Source: Plasmodiophora brassicae
Taxonomy: Eukaryota
NCBI GenBank assembly: GCA_036867785.1
Contig: CP145424.1
Coordinates: 310,001-374,000, forward strand
Length of the DNA stretch: 64,000 bases
Direction of reading: 5' to 3'
Below are positions 33,660-47,145 of this stretch, one piece after another. The notes beneath the pieces were generated by a model. The model ran no database searches and was not told where the DNA came from. It saw only the letters and a list, made by a program, of their open reading frames with translations. The translations under genes were made by a program, and so were the position numbers. Every line of letters begins with the position of its first letter. Position 1 is the stretch's first letter.

Positions 33660-34751
33660 TTAGAGGCTCGTGGGTGGTCGCTGCGCCTGGAACTCGTGCT
33701 GACCGGGATGGTCGACAGGGAAGAAGACGATGGCGCTGAAGTCCTTCAGTTCGGGTTGGTCGATGATGGTCCTCAGCAGCGCGGACGCCTTGGCGTCGCC
33801 GATCGTCTTCGGCAGGTCGACGTCGAACACTTTCGCGAACTTGGGCAGGATCCTGCCGAACGCGACCTCGTCTTTATCGCCCTCGCCCATGACGTGGGCG
33901 TCGTCCAACGTTGTGAGCGTCGTTTGCAGCGACGCTCGAAGGACCAGCGCCATGCTGTCGCTGTTCACCAACTGCTCCATCTCAGCGCGCATCTCAAGGA
34001 GGCGCGTCGTGACGCCCTCCTCGTCGCGATCCATCGCAGGCATCATGAACTGTGCTCGGTGCGTCACCAGCTCGTCGTCCATGCGCTGTCGGATGCGCGC
34101 GACCAACGACGCGACATCGGCGGGCGTCACCGGCGACTTGATCGCGTACGACGACGTCATCGCCGCGACGGTCTGCGATGCGGCCGCCGCGATCGCCGAT
34201 AAACCGTCGTGCACTAAATGCTGTGCAATCTGCAGGAACGCGGCATTGGTCCGGTCTTGTTCCGGGCCGCCTTCCGTCGAGGAATACCGGGCGGCAATGC
34301 AGAGCTGGACACGCAGCATGACGGCAGCGAGACTCAGGGAGTACAGCAGGGCGATCGTTCGTGCCAGGACGGCGCATTTGAATTCGTCAGCGGGCGCCGA
34401 CGCGCCCTCGGCGCCCTTGCTGCGCGAGCGGAGCGCCTGGCGCATGGCGTCGATCTGGAACATGTCGTCGAGGCGAGCGCGGATCTCCAGCACCATGTGG
34501 ACGAGCGCCAGGTGGCTGGCCTCGCAGGTCTGCGCGAACGCCCGCGATAGCCGCTCATGCAGCTGCCCGATCTGCTCGTCGCGCACGCGCTGCTCCATCT
34601 CCTGCATCATGCGCAGGCTGTCGCGCAGGTCGTCGATCACGGGGCGCAGGCGCCGGTACAGCGCGTACCCGCCGACCAGGCCGCCGCCCACGGCCGCGCA
34701 GGCCACCACGCGTCGATGTTGCGACACCCATTGCTTTACCGACGCCCACAT
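33660..34751 (-). CDS. PEX3: Peroxin-3-like protein
   Basis: N-terminal WVSQHRR followed by a TM segment (AVGGGLVGGYALY), F-x-QT, RVQLCIAARY and C-terminal ELKDFSAIVF. Confidence 0.75.
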   Translation of the reverse strand: MWASVKQWVSQHRRVVACAAVGGGLVGGYALYRRLRPVIDDLRDSLRMMQEMEQRVRDEQIGQLHERLSRAFAQTCEASHLALVHMVLEIRARLDDMFQIDAMRQALRSRSKGAEGASAPADEFKCAVLARTIALLYSLSLAAVMLRVQLCIAARYSSTEGGPEQDRTNAAFLQIAQHLVHDGLSAIAAAASQTVAAMTSSYAIKSPVTPADVASLVARIRQRMDDELVTHRAQFMMPAMDRDEEGVTTRLLEMRAEMEQLVNSDSMALVLRASLQTTLTTLDDAHVMGEGDKDEVAFGRILPKFAKVFDVDLPKTIGDAKASALLRTIIDQPELKDFSAIVFFPVDHPGQHEFQAQRPPTSL

Positions 34752-35004
34752 AACAAGTGCGGGGCGCGCGCGGCGCTCACGCACTCCGCCGGCAACTGCA
34801 ACGTCGGCAGCTCACAGTAATACGCGTCCCCCCCCCCCCTCATGAGCAGACGAGCACTGCACTGTGCTGCTCATCCGGCTGCAGAACACGTCGTCTCGCG
34901 GGTTAACAATCGTCTCCGATGTTGTTTGCTGGACGCCGGTATCAGACCCTGCACCTTCACGCGGCGGCTTGTGTAAGAATGGTAGGTACTGCTCCAATGG
35001 CTGG

Positions 35005-35782
35005 TCAGTCACGCGGAGGAGTACGTCGAAGGGTGCCGTGGTCGACGAGCTCGATGCGGGTGCTGCTGGACGGTTCCCCGTAGGCGCAGTGCACCATGGC
35101 GCGTGCGAGTTGGGACGCCTGCACTTTGGCGGCGGATGGCAGTAGGGTATCGGCGATGCGCTCGGCGAGGCGGTCGGTGTCGTCGCGGACGATCAGCATG
35201 GGGCGCATGATGATCAGACGGGGGAATCCCAAGTCGATGAGGCGCTGCTCCGCAAGGCCTTTCGTCTGCGGGTACAGGAACCAGCTGTTCGCGTTCGCGT
35301 TCGCCGCCGACACGATGCAGAACGTGGGAACGCCGGCGTCGCGCAGGAGCTTCGCCGAGCCGACCGTGTAGTCCAAGTCGACCTTCTTGAAGGCCTCGGC
35401 AGACCCCGCCTGAGCCCGTGTCGTACCCACTGAGAACGCCGTCAGAATGTGGGGTGAACGCGCATATCGGGACAGGCGCTACAGCATGAGAACGCGACGT
35501 CGACGTTTGCGAAAGATTCGCGCGCCGTCTCCGCCAGTCGATTGTAATCGACAACCGTGACCTGGACCTTGTCGGACGCGACGCCGAACAGGTCGACCGG
35601 GGCGCCATCCCGCCGCACGACGGCAATGATTTCTGTACGGCGCGTCCCGTTCAGTGACGGGGCGGGGGACAATGCCGGCAGACGGATGGGGGCGCACTCT
35701 GGCAGCGGGTATCGCTCGCGAGAGCGCGCACGACGTGTCGCCCGACGGCGCCGGTCGCGCCCAGCACCACCGCGCAACTCAT
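35005..35782 (-). CDS. TIP30/HTATIP2-like NAD(P)-binding oxidoreductase (multi-exon)
   Basis: VLGATGAVG, GTTRAQAGSAEAFKKVDLDY and ANSWFLYPQTKG motifs. Confidence 0.88.
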
Positions 35783-35903
35783 GATGGCGCCCGTCCCGGG
35801 TCCTGGCCTGACCGCCGGTCGGTATGGATATAATGGGTGTGTATCTATTCGGTAAGATATTGACGATACTGTACATATTCCGGGGGGAGGGCCTTGCGAC
35901 GCA

Positions 35904-36845
35904 TCACGTCTCTGGCGCCTTGTGGATCCGCTTGTGGGCGTTCAGGCTCCAGTGCGCTTTGAAGATCTTGCCGCACAGGTCGCACGTGTAGGACGAGACG
36001 GCGTGCCGGTAGGCGTGCCTCTTGACCTTGTGCAACGACGGGTTAGGGGCACGCTTCCCGCAGACGCAGTCGTAGAGCGGCTCGCCGCCCTTCCCGTCTG
36101 TCCAGACGCGGATCCGGTTCAGCGGCACCGACTCGCCGTACAGGCCGGTCATCGTCAGCGACGCGTAGTGATGCTGATGACGATGGTCGATACGTGTGAG
36201 GTCGCCATCGTCAGGCAACGTCTTCTTAGACGCTTTCACCGGGGATGCAACGTCGTCGGCTTCGTCGCCACTGCTGCCCGAGTCGTTGACGTGCTGCTGG
36301 GCGTGGGAATTCGGTTGGCGTTCGTGGACCCGCATGAGGACCTGCTTTCGCAGTGACGGCGCTGGTCGCAGGCGCGACGCTGGTTGCTGTTTGAACTGGG
36401 GAGAAGGCGGCAGAGACAGCACCGGGCTCCCGGTGAGGAACATCGGTGAGAAATTGCCAGGCAATCGGGGCGGCGGTACAAGCTGTGGAGACGAGGAGCG
36501 CATGGTGGGTGGCAGATTAACGAAGTCGAATGGCGCCGGGGCCTTGTTCGACGACGGAACGGCCGGCGGAGTGTATCCCATGAAGAAACCAGAGGTTGGA
36601 TCCGATGAGGCCAGACAATGCCGCTGAGGGAGGACTGGCGACATGTGCATGGTCGATGGGCAATGCATCGGCGAATTCAATAGCATGCTCCCAGGGGACA
36701 GCGCGCCAGGCGACAAACCCATGTAGGAAATGGGCGCGGCGTGATAGACCGGGCTCGGCACGGAAATCGGATTCGGGCGCGAAGACATATACCGCGCCCG
36801 GGTCGGTGATCTTGCAACATCCCCCGGCTGCATAACAATTTCCAT
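35904..36845 (-). CDS. C2H2 zinc-finger protein
   Basis: Pro/Ser-rich body with C-terminal CDLCGKIFKAHWSLNAHKRIH. Confidence 0.85.
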   Translation of the reverse strand: MEIVMQPGDVARSPTRARYMSSRPNPISVPSPVYHAAPISYMGLSPGALSPGSMLLNSPMHCPSTMHMSPVLPQRHCLASSDPTSGFFMGYTPPAVPSSNKAPAPFDFVNLPPTMRSSSPQLVPPPRLPGNFSPMFLTGSPVLSLPPSPQFKQQPASRLRPAPSLRKQVLMRVHERQPNSHAQQHVNDSGSSGDEADDVASPVKASKKTLPDDGDLTRIDHRHQHHYASLTMTGLYGESVPLNRIRVWTDGKGGEPLYDCVCGKRAPNPSLHKVKRHAYRHAVSSYTCDLCGKIFKAHWSLNAHKRIHKAPET

Positions 36846-37331
36846 AAAGCGGCGACGGCGTCACGATGGAAAGCGCCCAGCAGAACCAGTCGGCACGATT
36901 CGCTTCAGGACCGGACCCGCCGTTGGCGACTGAAAAGTCCGCCGCGCACGGCCTTTTCCAAGTCGTGCACTGTGGCGGACCTGCGGATTGCGCAAACCAT
37001 CCGGACCGGACGTCTATTTTCGGGCAGTCGTACCGTCAGAGGGACTCAGAGCGCGCCTGGCATGGACGCGGCCGTTGTCCATGTCCTGCGGCGCATCCGT
37101 GTCGCGGCCTACAGACAGGCCGTTGCCCGCCGCCCACACAACATGTAACCAATTAGTGACAGCTCCCATAGTGAAATGATCGACAGACAGGGTCCATGGG
37201 TCTTGTAGCATGTGTTCCAGAATCATTGGTCATGGTTTGACCACTCCAGCTTGTGGATCACCCGTCTGGTTGGGAATACCTCCAGACGACAGGCGCTATG
37301 GAGTTGTCCCAAGGAAATTTGACGATGGCTG

Positions 37332-38646
37332 TTGGGCAAGGAGGGCACGTCTTTGTTCCGAAGTTGCCGGTGGCAACATCGTATCTGCGCGGTCGTCGCT
37401 TCACGGAGTTTCTGTCGGAAAGTCGCTGGAGGGTCGCGTTTGGGCGACGACGTCTTCATGCCCATCCAGCGCCTGATCCGGACGGTCCGACGCGGGATGG
37501 CGGCTGCGACAATGACGTGTCGTAAGAAAAAGTTAGCCGGAGAGGACGTCGTTGAATTCGGCACTGACGCGGTTGCCGGATCGCCGACGGCCGGCGGCGG
37601 CGAAGGCGGCAGCCCGCCACGGTTGTCGTTGGAATTCGGGCACGCGCTGTTGCCGCATCCCGAGAAGATTCGCAAAGGAGGCGAGGACGCATACTTCTGC
37701 AATACGTTCTTGAATGCGTTCGGTGTGGCCGACGGCGTCGGCGCTTGGTCGACAATGGGCGTTGATCCCGCCAAGTTCTCCCGGGCGCTGATGCGATACT
37801 CGGAGCAGGCTATCGCCGACAACGATGAAACGCTGACGCCTATACAAGCGCTGCGGGTCGCCTACGATGCTGTACGACAAGAGTCCATCCAAGGGTCATG
37901 TACCGCTGTTGTTGGCGTGCTTCGTGGGAGCTGCCTGCATATCGCCAACCTGGGCGACTCGGGCGTCCTGGTCCTCACGAGGAAGGCCCATGGCACCGCC
38001 GTGGATCATATCAATGAGGATGTTGAGCTGCTCCACCCCAGACAGAACGGTACGTCGCGCGTCGCTGTTGAACTTCTGCCGCGTCGCTCAACCGTGTGCT
38101 TAGCAATACCCCCTACGTTTCGTATACTGTACAAGACGGTGGATCAGCTCCACCGATTCAACTGCCCGTTCCAGCTAGGGCTGGAATCATCCGATGCGCC
38201 GGAAGTCGCCTCCGTCAGCGCGCACACGTTACACCCGGGCGATCTTGTCGTGGCAGGGACGGACGGTCTCTGGGACAACCTCTTCAAGCACGACATCGTC
38301 AGGCTTGCAGGTCGGTCCTGTGCCGAGTCGCCCTGAGCTCGTATCTAACGCGCCAGTGCAGACACAACGGATGACCCGCAAGAGCTTGCGTTTGTCATTG
38401 CGACGACTGCTCAAAGAAGATCAGCGAAGACGCGGGGCCCCAAGGCCACACCGTTTGCCGTCGCTGCTGCTGAAGCCGGCATTATATTTGAAGGCGGCAA
38501 GCTAGACGGTACGTTTCTGTCTCCCGCAGGAAACCGTGGATCCCACTGACTGATGCCCCGCAGACATCACTGTCGTTGTAGGCCGCGTCGTCGAATATAC
38601 CGAACGGAAGTCTAGATCAGATATATCCCTGAAATCCAGCCTGTAA
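37332..38646 (+). CDS. PTC7-type protein phosphatase 2C (multi-exon; start uncertain)
   Basis: GGEDAYF, GVADGVG, ANLGDSG, HRFNCPFQL, TDGLWDN and GGKLD|DITVV motifs. Confidence 0.9.
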
Positions 38647-38928
38647 TACACCGTGTCACTGTACAAGGAACAGGCCGTTTCGCCGATGAAGACCTGGGTT
38701 GTGCCATGGCAACCTGCGGTAGTGGACAAGGTTCCGCCGATTCCACCGCTCGAACGGCCTCGATACTAAAAAGGACGACACAGACATCAGATGAGATATA
38801 TATTGAGATCTTTGTGTAGATCAACGGCACAATAGTTGTTAACTGCGGGCCATCACACATCAGCACTGGCCGTCGTACCAACAGCCGGACACGGGGTCGT
38901 ACCATTGAACGGATCTCGCGACCCGCAA

Positions 38929-39456
38929 TCAGAACGGCGCGGCATGGTCGGCGAGCCATGACAAGGCCTCTTTAACGCCAACACCCTTGTTGGCCACTGC
39001 AGCGACAACATGGCACGGGTAGCCCATCGCCTCGATCTCGCCGATCCCCAGCTGCTCACGAAGTTGTTCGGTGGACAGCGCGTTCGGCAGGTCTTGTTTG
39101 TTCGCCAGGATGCACAGGCTGACGTTGCTCAGCGCTTCCTCCCGCATCAGCTCGTGCAATTCCTGGCGCGCCAACGGGATTCTCGTCGTGTCGCTGCTGT
39201 CGACCACGAAAATGACGCCGCTCGTCCCCCGGTAGTGCGGGCGCCAGAGGACCCTCAATCGGTCCTGGCCGCCGACGTCCCAGATCTGGATGCGCAGGCG
39301 CTTGTGGACGATCTCCTCGACATTGAACCCGATGGTCGGCACGGTCTCGACGTGCACGCCGCGCTTCAGCCACGTCATGACCGTCGTCTTGCCGGCGGCG
39401 TCCAGCCCGAGCAGCAGGAACCGGACGTCGCGCCGCTTCGAGAACCTGGCGCCCAT
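38929..39456 (-). CDS. ARF-family small GTPase
   Basis: MGARFS start with GLDAAGKT, PTIGFNVE, WDVGGQ and NKQD motifs. Confidence 0.92.
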   Translation of the reverse strand: MGARFSKRRDVRFLLLGLDAAGKTTVMTWLKRGVHVETVPTIGFNVEEIVHKRLRIQIWDVGGQDRLRVLWRPHYRGTSGVIFVVDSSDTTRIPLARQELHELMREEALSNVSLCILANKQDLPNALSTEQLREQLGIGEIEAMGYPCHVVAAVANKGVGVKEALSWLADHAAPF

Positions 39457-40042
39457 CTCATCCACAGCGGACGACGGCGGCGACGCCGAGACCAGCACAC
39501 CGCTCCCCGTCGTCGTCGTCGCCCACCGAACCGACGAACCGCCCGAATCGATTTCTGACGAGGCGTTCCAAAAATAAACACGCCCAGTCCAAATCCGGAG
39601 CAACTCGTTCTCCTCAACAACGGTCACGTCAACGCTCAGACGTCAGAGGTCCCCCCCCCCCCCCCCCCCCAACGATCGGTCGCGGATGAAATGCGGAAAC
39701 CGGGCCTGGCGGAGCACGCCGCTGAGCAGGTCGCCAGTATCGTCGGCGACCGGTCGTCGCCGACGTTCGAGAGTCACGGTCGTCGTCCGGACCCGAGCAG
39801 CAAGTTTGAATGGCCAAAGTGTTGTTCTCGTATTGTTGCGCGCGACCCTTCGGAGCGCGTAGGGTCAGTGGCGCTGTGGATCGTCGTTGCCGGCTCCAGT
39901 TAGGGGTAGGAAACCCGCCTCGAAGGTACCTCCTACGCATCAATGGCCAGAGAGTCAGCTCGTTTGCGTCGGAACGGTGATATGGCGGGACCCCTCGCCT
40001 TCCGTTTGTGACGTGCTCCGAGTAGGTGTTCTAGTTGGAGTT

Positions 40043-41946
40043 ATGGCTCCAGCAGCCGACATGAAGAGCGAGCGGCAGGTAGTGCAAGCGGCACCAGCCG
40101 CGAAGGCCCGGAACCGGACGTGGCTGGCGCCCTGGTTGCTGACCGGGGCGGTGATCGGCCTGCTTGTTGCCGTTGGGATCGGGGCTGGCGTCGTCCGCAC
40201 CTGGGGCGGGAACCGTGTGCCTCGTCCCGATGGGCACCTCGTCGTCGAGAAGGAGAAAGCGGACGACCTGCCAACCGTTACTGAACAGGAACCCGAACCC
40301 GAACCTATCGTTGCTGGGCAATTCGTCAAGCGCGACGTCGTTTTCGTGAACAACATGCAGACGGACCTGCGCCTGTTCTGGTGGGATGCTGGAGCCAGCA
40401 AGGAGGTCGAGATGGGCGCACTGGCACCTGGCCAGCGATTCGCATCGACGACGTACAGCGACCACATATGGACGTTCAGGCAAGGGACCCGACTGGTACG
40501 AAGCGTGGCCTTCACGCCCAAGAGCGAACTCATCGTGTAGGTCGACCCGTGGCGAGTTAGCCCTCCTGGCAACGAATGACGCCCGCGTTGTGCAGGTACG
40601 CGCGGCAGGACCGCTCGGGGATGGACGAGTACTATCGAAGGACAGGCGTGAAGTGGAACAACATCTGGCCCAGGCCGCCCGTGGCCTATCACATGTACGG
40701 GACGGATACGATCGGCGACGTGGACCCGGTCGTGGTCCCCTACGCCCACTGGCACTCGACGAGCGACGACCTGTCGAAGCTCGGTAAGGACGTATGTGGT
40801 TCTTGCTCCCGTGCCGCGTCCGACCTGGGCGCAGCACAGGAGAACGTCACGATCCAGGTGGAGACGGTGTCGACGTCGCCGCGTGTCGTGCGGATCTCGA
40901 ATTTCATGTCCAGCGACGAGTGCGACGAGTTCATCAAGACGGCGAAGGACAACGGCGGGTTCCAGCGCAGCGTGACGACCGACGCGGGCGTGGTGCACCC
41001 GTCCCGAACCAGTTCCAATATCTGGCTGTTCGTAGACACCGGTCTGGACGGTGCTGACGCGTCACCGTCTGAACGCGTACAGGGACACGGCTGTCACGCC
41101 GCTCTTCGAGCACGTCTCCAGGCGCATGTTCGCCATCATGAAGATCCCGTACTCGGTGGCCCGCGCCAGGAAGATCTCGGTGCGTGCGTGCGTGTGTGCA
41201 CCGCGATCGACGCGAGACCTGACCCGCCGTCGGCCAGGAGTCGTTTCAACTGTTGCATTACGGTCCGGCCCAGCAGTACATGGTTGGGGCAGGGGGCTGG
41301 AGGGATCCGCAATCGGTGGCTTGACGTTCGCCATGGCAACAGTCGCATACGGATTGGTTCGACGTCGACACGGAGGACAACGCCCACTACCTGTCCGTTC
41401 TGAAAGGGTACAACAGGTCGGTGAAGGCGGCAGGCGGCCGGTTGCCGCCGCACGCGTCGTAACGTCGACAGTCGTACAGGTTCGCGACGTTCTTCCTGTA
41501 TCTGAACGATGTGGACGAGGGCGGGGAGACGGCGTTCCCCCTGGCGAAGGTACCGCTCGCCATTCGCCAGGCTCCTGTGGGCCCTGATCGCGTTCTGCAG
41601 GGGTTCGAATACGACGGCGGCGTCGACGAAGGCTGCACGAAGGGACTTCGGGTCAAGGCGCGCGCTGGCGACGCCATCGTGTTCTACTCCATGCTGCCAG
41701 GTTTGAACGAGTACATCACGGGTTCGACCAGGCTGTGTAACCGGAACCCGCAGATGGGAACCTGGACCCGCAAAGCCTTCACGCCGGGTGCCCTGTGCTC
41801 AAGGGCGAGAAGTACGCCGCCAACATATGTACCACATCGTCGCTGATCCCGGAAACGCGGCCACTGGCACTGACGATGGATGGGGTCGTGCAACAGGGTT
41901 CTGGGAGCCAACGCGTTTCGATCTGGCGCCGGACGAGGTCGCGTAG
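40043..41946 (+). CDS. Membrane-anchored prolyl 4-hydroxylase-like 2OG-Fe(II) oxygenase (multi-exon)
   Basis: N-terminal TM, VHL-beta-like segment (FVNN...LFWWD...TYSDHIW), RTSS, HTDWF, RFATFFLYLNDVDEGGETAFP and LHAGCPVLKGEKYAAN. Confidence 0.88.
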
Positions 41947-42012
41947 GTCCACTGCTTCTACCTACGCGCGAAAGAAACAACGAGCAAGGGACGCCTTGGC
42001 CGCTGCCCGTTG

Positions 42013-43193
42013 CTATTGTAGTGAATAGGCTTGAAGAGCATCCGGTTGCCGTTTGTCATGGCGATCCTGCTTGCGCTGCTCGCGTACCAGCTTGGCGAGG
42101 GCGCGGCGTCGCTCGCGAAGCGCCTCGAGCTCCGCCTCGGAAGGGGCGCGTCGCGGCGCCACCGTTGGCCGGCCGTGCAGCGCCTCGAGATTCGCCTCCA
42201 GCGCCGCGACCTCGTCGACGAGCGCCCGCTTCCGATCGCTCTGCTGGCGGACGCGGTCGGCCAGGTCGCCGTGCGCCAGCCTCAGCTGACCGAGTTGCCG
42301 TCGCAGGTCGGTGACGTTCGCCTGGGCCGCATCCCGTCTCGCGGCGGCGTCCCGAACCGCGGCGACGGCCGCCTCGTGCTCGACGGTGACGCGTTCGGCT
42401 TCGCCCCGCAGCTGCGCCAGCGACGATTGCAACGCCTCGGCGTGGGGCAGTGGCGACGACGACGACGACGACGCGTACATCCGGATGGCGACCCGCTGAA
42501 CGGCGGGAGGCGCGCCCGCGTCCCGTTGCCGGTACGCGGGTCGCCGCGCCCTGCGCTCAGCAATCTGCCGGTCGAGCTCCGGCGTCGTCGACGCCGACAA
42601 CGCGAACCGGAACCTGGGCATCTCGTCAGCGATAGACCGCGCGCGGGGGGACAGGCCCGGCATTACAGGTGGCAGGTCGCGACCAGGGACGCCAGCGTCC
42701 GCGGGTCGTCAACGAGGAACGACGCGACGCGTCGCAGGACGGGGGCCGGCGCCGCCAGGTCCCATCGACCGCGACCACGAACCTGTCGCAGCAGTAACGG
42801 GCGGCACGTCCCGAACGGATGCCGCACGACGCGTCGGGCGCCCGACGCCAGGCGCTCCTCGAGCGTCGCCGCCCGCCGGGCCAGCGCCGCCCGGCTGGCT
42901 CGATCCTGGATGACGATGTGTGAGTACGAGCGACGCACGTGGCGAACGGGAACGACCTGCTCCAGGAGGGCCTCGACGCGCGACCTGTCGGCCCGGTGCG
43001 CGTCGACGTGGCGCGCGTGCCGCTCGGCGGTCAGGTCGCGCGCGATCAGCGCGTCGCGCAGCGCCTCGCGTCGCACGTCGCGCTCGACGGCCTCGCAGAG
43101 CCGCCCGACGACCGCCGCGACGTCGACGGCCAGCGCTGCGTCGGCGGCGCCGGCCACCAGACGCGACAGCTGCCCGGCCAGCATCAGCATCAT
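42013..43193 (-). CDS. Coiled-coil protein (spliced)
   Basis: A/E/R/L heptad-rich ORFs 42013-42663 and 42663-43193; exon junction not resolved. Confidence 0.6.
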
Positions 43194-43463
43194 CGTCGTC
43201 GCCCCAGTTCGCGTCGGCGCTTCCCGCACACGGCCGCCGCGTTTGGCCCCCGCCCGCGTCGTGTCAACGCGAACGCCGTCGGGGCGCCTGACGGGAGCGA
43301 CGAGGTGGCGCGCGCTGGAGCGGGACGTTGGCGAGTTCTGCCAGCCCGCGACAGGATACAGTGGGGGTACCCGTGCCCGACCAGTGCACCTATATTGAAT
43401 AACGTGTGTTGGTTGATGACGCCGCCGTTCACAGCGCATTGCCCCCCCGGCCACACGGGAGCG

Positions 43464-46400
43464 TTATCGGGCGCGGCTCTTCTTGTAGATCTGCTCGGCC
43501 TGCAGGCGCACGTACGTCTTCGTCAGGCGGTCAACGGCGTCCTTTTGTCGGTTGAGACCCGCCGTGGCCTCCTCGAGGGCGGCCTGGGCGCGGACGAGCT
43601 CGTCGCTGGGCAGCACAGCGTCGGCCGCGGCGACGTCGTCCGATACGGTATTGACCTTCCTGGTGACCGTGATCAGGCGACTTTGCGTCCCGCTCGCGTC
43701 GTCGATATCGGGTAAGGCCAGCTGGGGCACCACGATCAACCCGAACGGGATTACTGATGGCACCGTGTCAGTCGCGCGAATCTGGACTGTGGGCAGCATT
43801 CGTATACTGGATAGGGCCGCAGCGGCGACGCCCTGCAGGATCAGGTACGTCGACCCGAGGATGACGTTCCGCATCGCGAAGAACAGGATGGCGCCGATGA
43901 CGAGGACGGCGGCGACGACCTGGAACGACTGCGTCGAGGAGGACACGACCGGCGCGAAGATCGCGTACAGATGGAAATTCGGGCCGATACTGGCCAGACG
44001 GATCACCAGATAGATGCCGGTCAGGAACGTCACGACGTTAACAACGGCCATGACGACGGTGAACGGGGACCCAGCCGCAATGGCGCACGTGTACTGATCG
44101 TTGTCGTGGAATCCGGCCTGTGCGATCCAGGCACCCGCAAGGGCGATGTTCAGTGCAGTGAACGCAACCGTCAGGAGCACCAGCGGCCGATCGCGAATCA
44201 CGACGACCTTCGTCGTTGTGAATATCTACCGGCGCTTCAGTGAACACAGGTACGATTCGTGTCGATGGCGGGGGGGCACGAACCATAACGAATCGGTAGA
44301 GTTTCACCAGGCACGGGACAGTGATCAGCGACAGGCCGCTGGCGGAAAGCAGGACTCGTGCCGCACAGACGCCGACGGTCTGGTCTCTCGACAGCAGGAC
44401 GAGTTCAACAGCGAACGCGATGGTCCCCAGGAGGGATAGGAACGTGAGCGGGAGCGACCCGAAGAACACGCGTCGCGTGCGGCGCCGTTTCAGCAGGCCC
44501 CCAACCGCATACACTGAGCGACACGTCGTCGTCAGGGGCAGCGTACCATCGTTCCGCACACGCCGACGTACATTGCATGAGGAGGGCGAGGATGCCGATG
44601 GCAGCGAACACGTCCTTGGTGCCCGACGAGATGTACTTTGCGTCGTAGTAGGCGATGCAGACTGGGTCAGACGCGTGCGTCGCACAGTAGACATGATAGC
44701 CTTGGTTCGACACGGACGCGTATGTGACCTGGACCTTCAGCGTGATCGTCGGGAAGCAGGGCCCCGACCCAATGTCCTGCCCGGACAGCGTCAGCTTCGC
44801 CCATGACGTCGAGGCATTGAACGCCAGCGATGGGCGGATCCCGAACTGGAACACGGATCAGAGGCGCGGTTCGGCAGGGAGCCGCCATGGGCTGGGCGCG
44901 CCCGCGCGCACCTGTACGAACGTCGACCGGCCCGCAGGCAGGAACCCATTGGACGGCTCGGCGACGGCGAACGGATCATCGACTTTGATTGCCCATGGCG
45001 CGGATAACAGGCCCCCGTTCGAGATCGTCAGGGTCAGGTTCGACAGCGCCGACGTGGACGCGTCGACGAAGAACACATCTTGGCTACGTAGCACGACACG
45101 CCCGTTCAGAACGGCCTGGACAGCCCGCTATGAGCACGCGCGATCGTACCTAAGCGTCGTGGACCAGATGGCGGCGCGTTCGATATCGGTAACGGGGACG
45201 AGCGACGTCAGCATGATGTCGCTGGATATCATGGACGTAATGGCGTAGTACTGCGTCGATTTCAACGTGACCATCGCTGTCGACGTGCTGTTGCCGGCGC
45301 TGCCCGATACCGTCGCCCACATACCGATGGTATCCGAGTTGCACCCGTGAACAAACGATGTCTCTGCACACCGTCACCGATCAGACATGACGACAGCAGC
45401 ATCATGGGCACACGCCCGACGAGACCGGTGAATATGCCGCTCGCGCGCTCCTGGAACAGGGTCGCGTTCCAATGGTCCCCACTGCAGTCGGGTGACACGG
45501 GACAGTACAGAAGGTCGAAGAGCTTCGGCGAACTGGCATACACCAGCGCAGACTGGCTGAGCGACGACACGAAGGACAGGGACCCGCGCGTGGGCAGGAA
45601 CATCGGCAGGCGAACCGAAATGTCGTCGAACGTCTCGTCGATCCACATCAGACCAATCAGGTCGTCACCGTACACCCTGGAGACATCGTCGGGTCAGGGC
45701 GCACACCCGATCGGCCGTCGGACCGGCCCGACGTACATCGGCAAGTAGGCTGATGTACAGGGCTTGAGGGTGATTGAATCCTGATACGGCGCGACGTACC
45801 CCACCTTGGTCAGGTCGCCTGGGTGCCGCGCCAGCACCAGGTACGTCAACGGGATGTCTGCGACCGAATCGTCATTGTAGCTGGCCTTGAAATCCGACGG
45901 GTACAACGACGGTGCATAGCGGAACATGTCGAAGGCGCTGGCTGTGAAATACATGGCCAGAATGCCGGGGTCCTGTTTCAGGCTGCGAGGAACACCACCA
46001 CAGTCAGCCGGATGCCAAACCGGAACGGGGCACCAGAGCGCGCGCGTCACCGACAAGGATGGCGTCAATAGCTCCATGGGCTTCGTGAAGTCCTGCAGGA
46101 AGTTACTGAAGGAGTTGTTGTATCGCCCAGGCTGCAGGCAGTAGATTGGACAGAACGTGCTGTTGTTCTGCGACTGCCACTGATGCACCTACAGGTTCAG
46201 GCGTCAGGTCAACCGCCAGGGGCGGTACAATCGTGTCGAACGGTGATGGGGTGGCTCAACGTCGCCGACGTCTGCGGGCAACCTGGGTACTTGTAAGCGC
46301 ATCGCCACGTGAGCGTGTCCGAGGCCGCCATGGTGCAATTGGCCGCCACGGCTGCCGAATACGACACCCATCCGATCCGGTCCTTGAGGTCGTGGACGCA

Positions 46401-46800
46401 GGTCGCGTTCAGGTCGAGGGCCGTCGAGAACTGCCGAATGAACATTTCCGATAGACGGTGCGGGTTCAGGTCCAGGTACTAGTGGTGGGCCATGACGGTT
46501 CACACGGAGGGGCGAGCAAGCCACCGGTGACGGGGACGTACGCTGGGCGGTGACGGGTACGTGTACGGCGACGGCGTGTCGTCCCGGACGTAATTCAGGC
46601 AGGCCTCAGCGAGCGCCGCCAGCATGTGCTCCTTCTTGACCAGCGTCGCCTGCATGCCCAGTGCCTCCGCCTGCACCTCCGCCCGCAGCTCGCCCACCGA
46701 GCACACGTCCAGGCTGGCCCGGGCAACGCGTCACCATTTGTCAGCACCCCAGCGAACGACGCGGTCAACCCGACCTGGTGGTGGCGGCCATCGCGCCGCC
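43464..46800 (-). CDS. Class-C-GPCR-like 7TM protein with large extracellular region (multi-exon; start approximate)
   Basis: Consecutive exons lead to TM segments with C-x-x-R...LITVPCLVKLYR, typical of 7tm_3 TM3, followed by a coiled-coil tail. Confidence 0.6.
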
Positions 46801-47145
46801 CCGACCCCCGTTGATGAGTAGTACCACCGTGCCGGAAGGACCCTTCCGTTCGCAACGTCACACAGCATCCGTCACAGCGCGACAGCCGCTTCCGTGATGC
46901 CATTCCCGTCGTCGTGCGGGCGGCGTCCGAATCTCGTCCGTCATCACAGCCCACGTGGGCCACGCGCCGACGTCCGATCCCTGGTCCAGTCACTGCGACC
47001 ATTTTTGGCACGCGGGCTTGTCTCTGCCAGTCGACGGACGGGGGTGACCCGTCCGCACGCGGCACGCGGCACGACGACTGCCCCCGTCGCGTTGTGTAAC
47101 ACCGCCGCTGTCGCGGGTCCACGCGCTCATTTTGATTGTGGCACG

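Noticed and set aside
33730-34845. 371-aa plus-strand ORF
   Set aside because: Antisense to PEX3.
39650-39670. Poly-C tract between divergent ARF and P4H genes
   Set aside because: Homopolymer of uncertain length; any regulatory role is unsupported.
42031-43398. 455-aa plus-strand ORF
   Set aside because: Antisense to the coiled-coil gene; non-protein-like composition.
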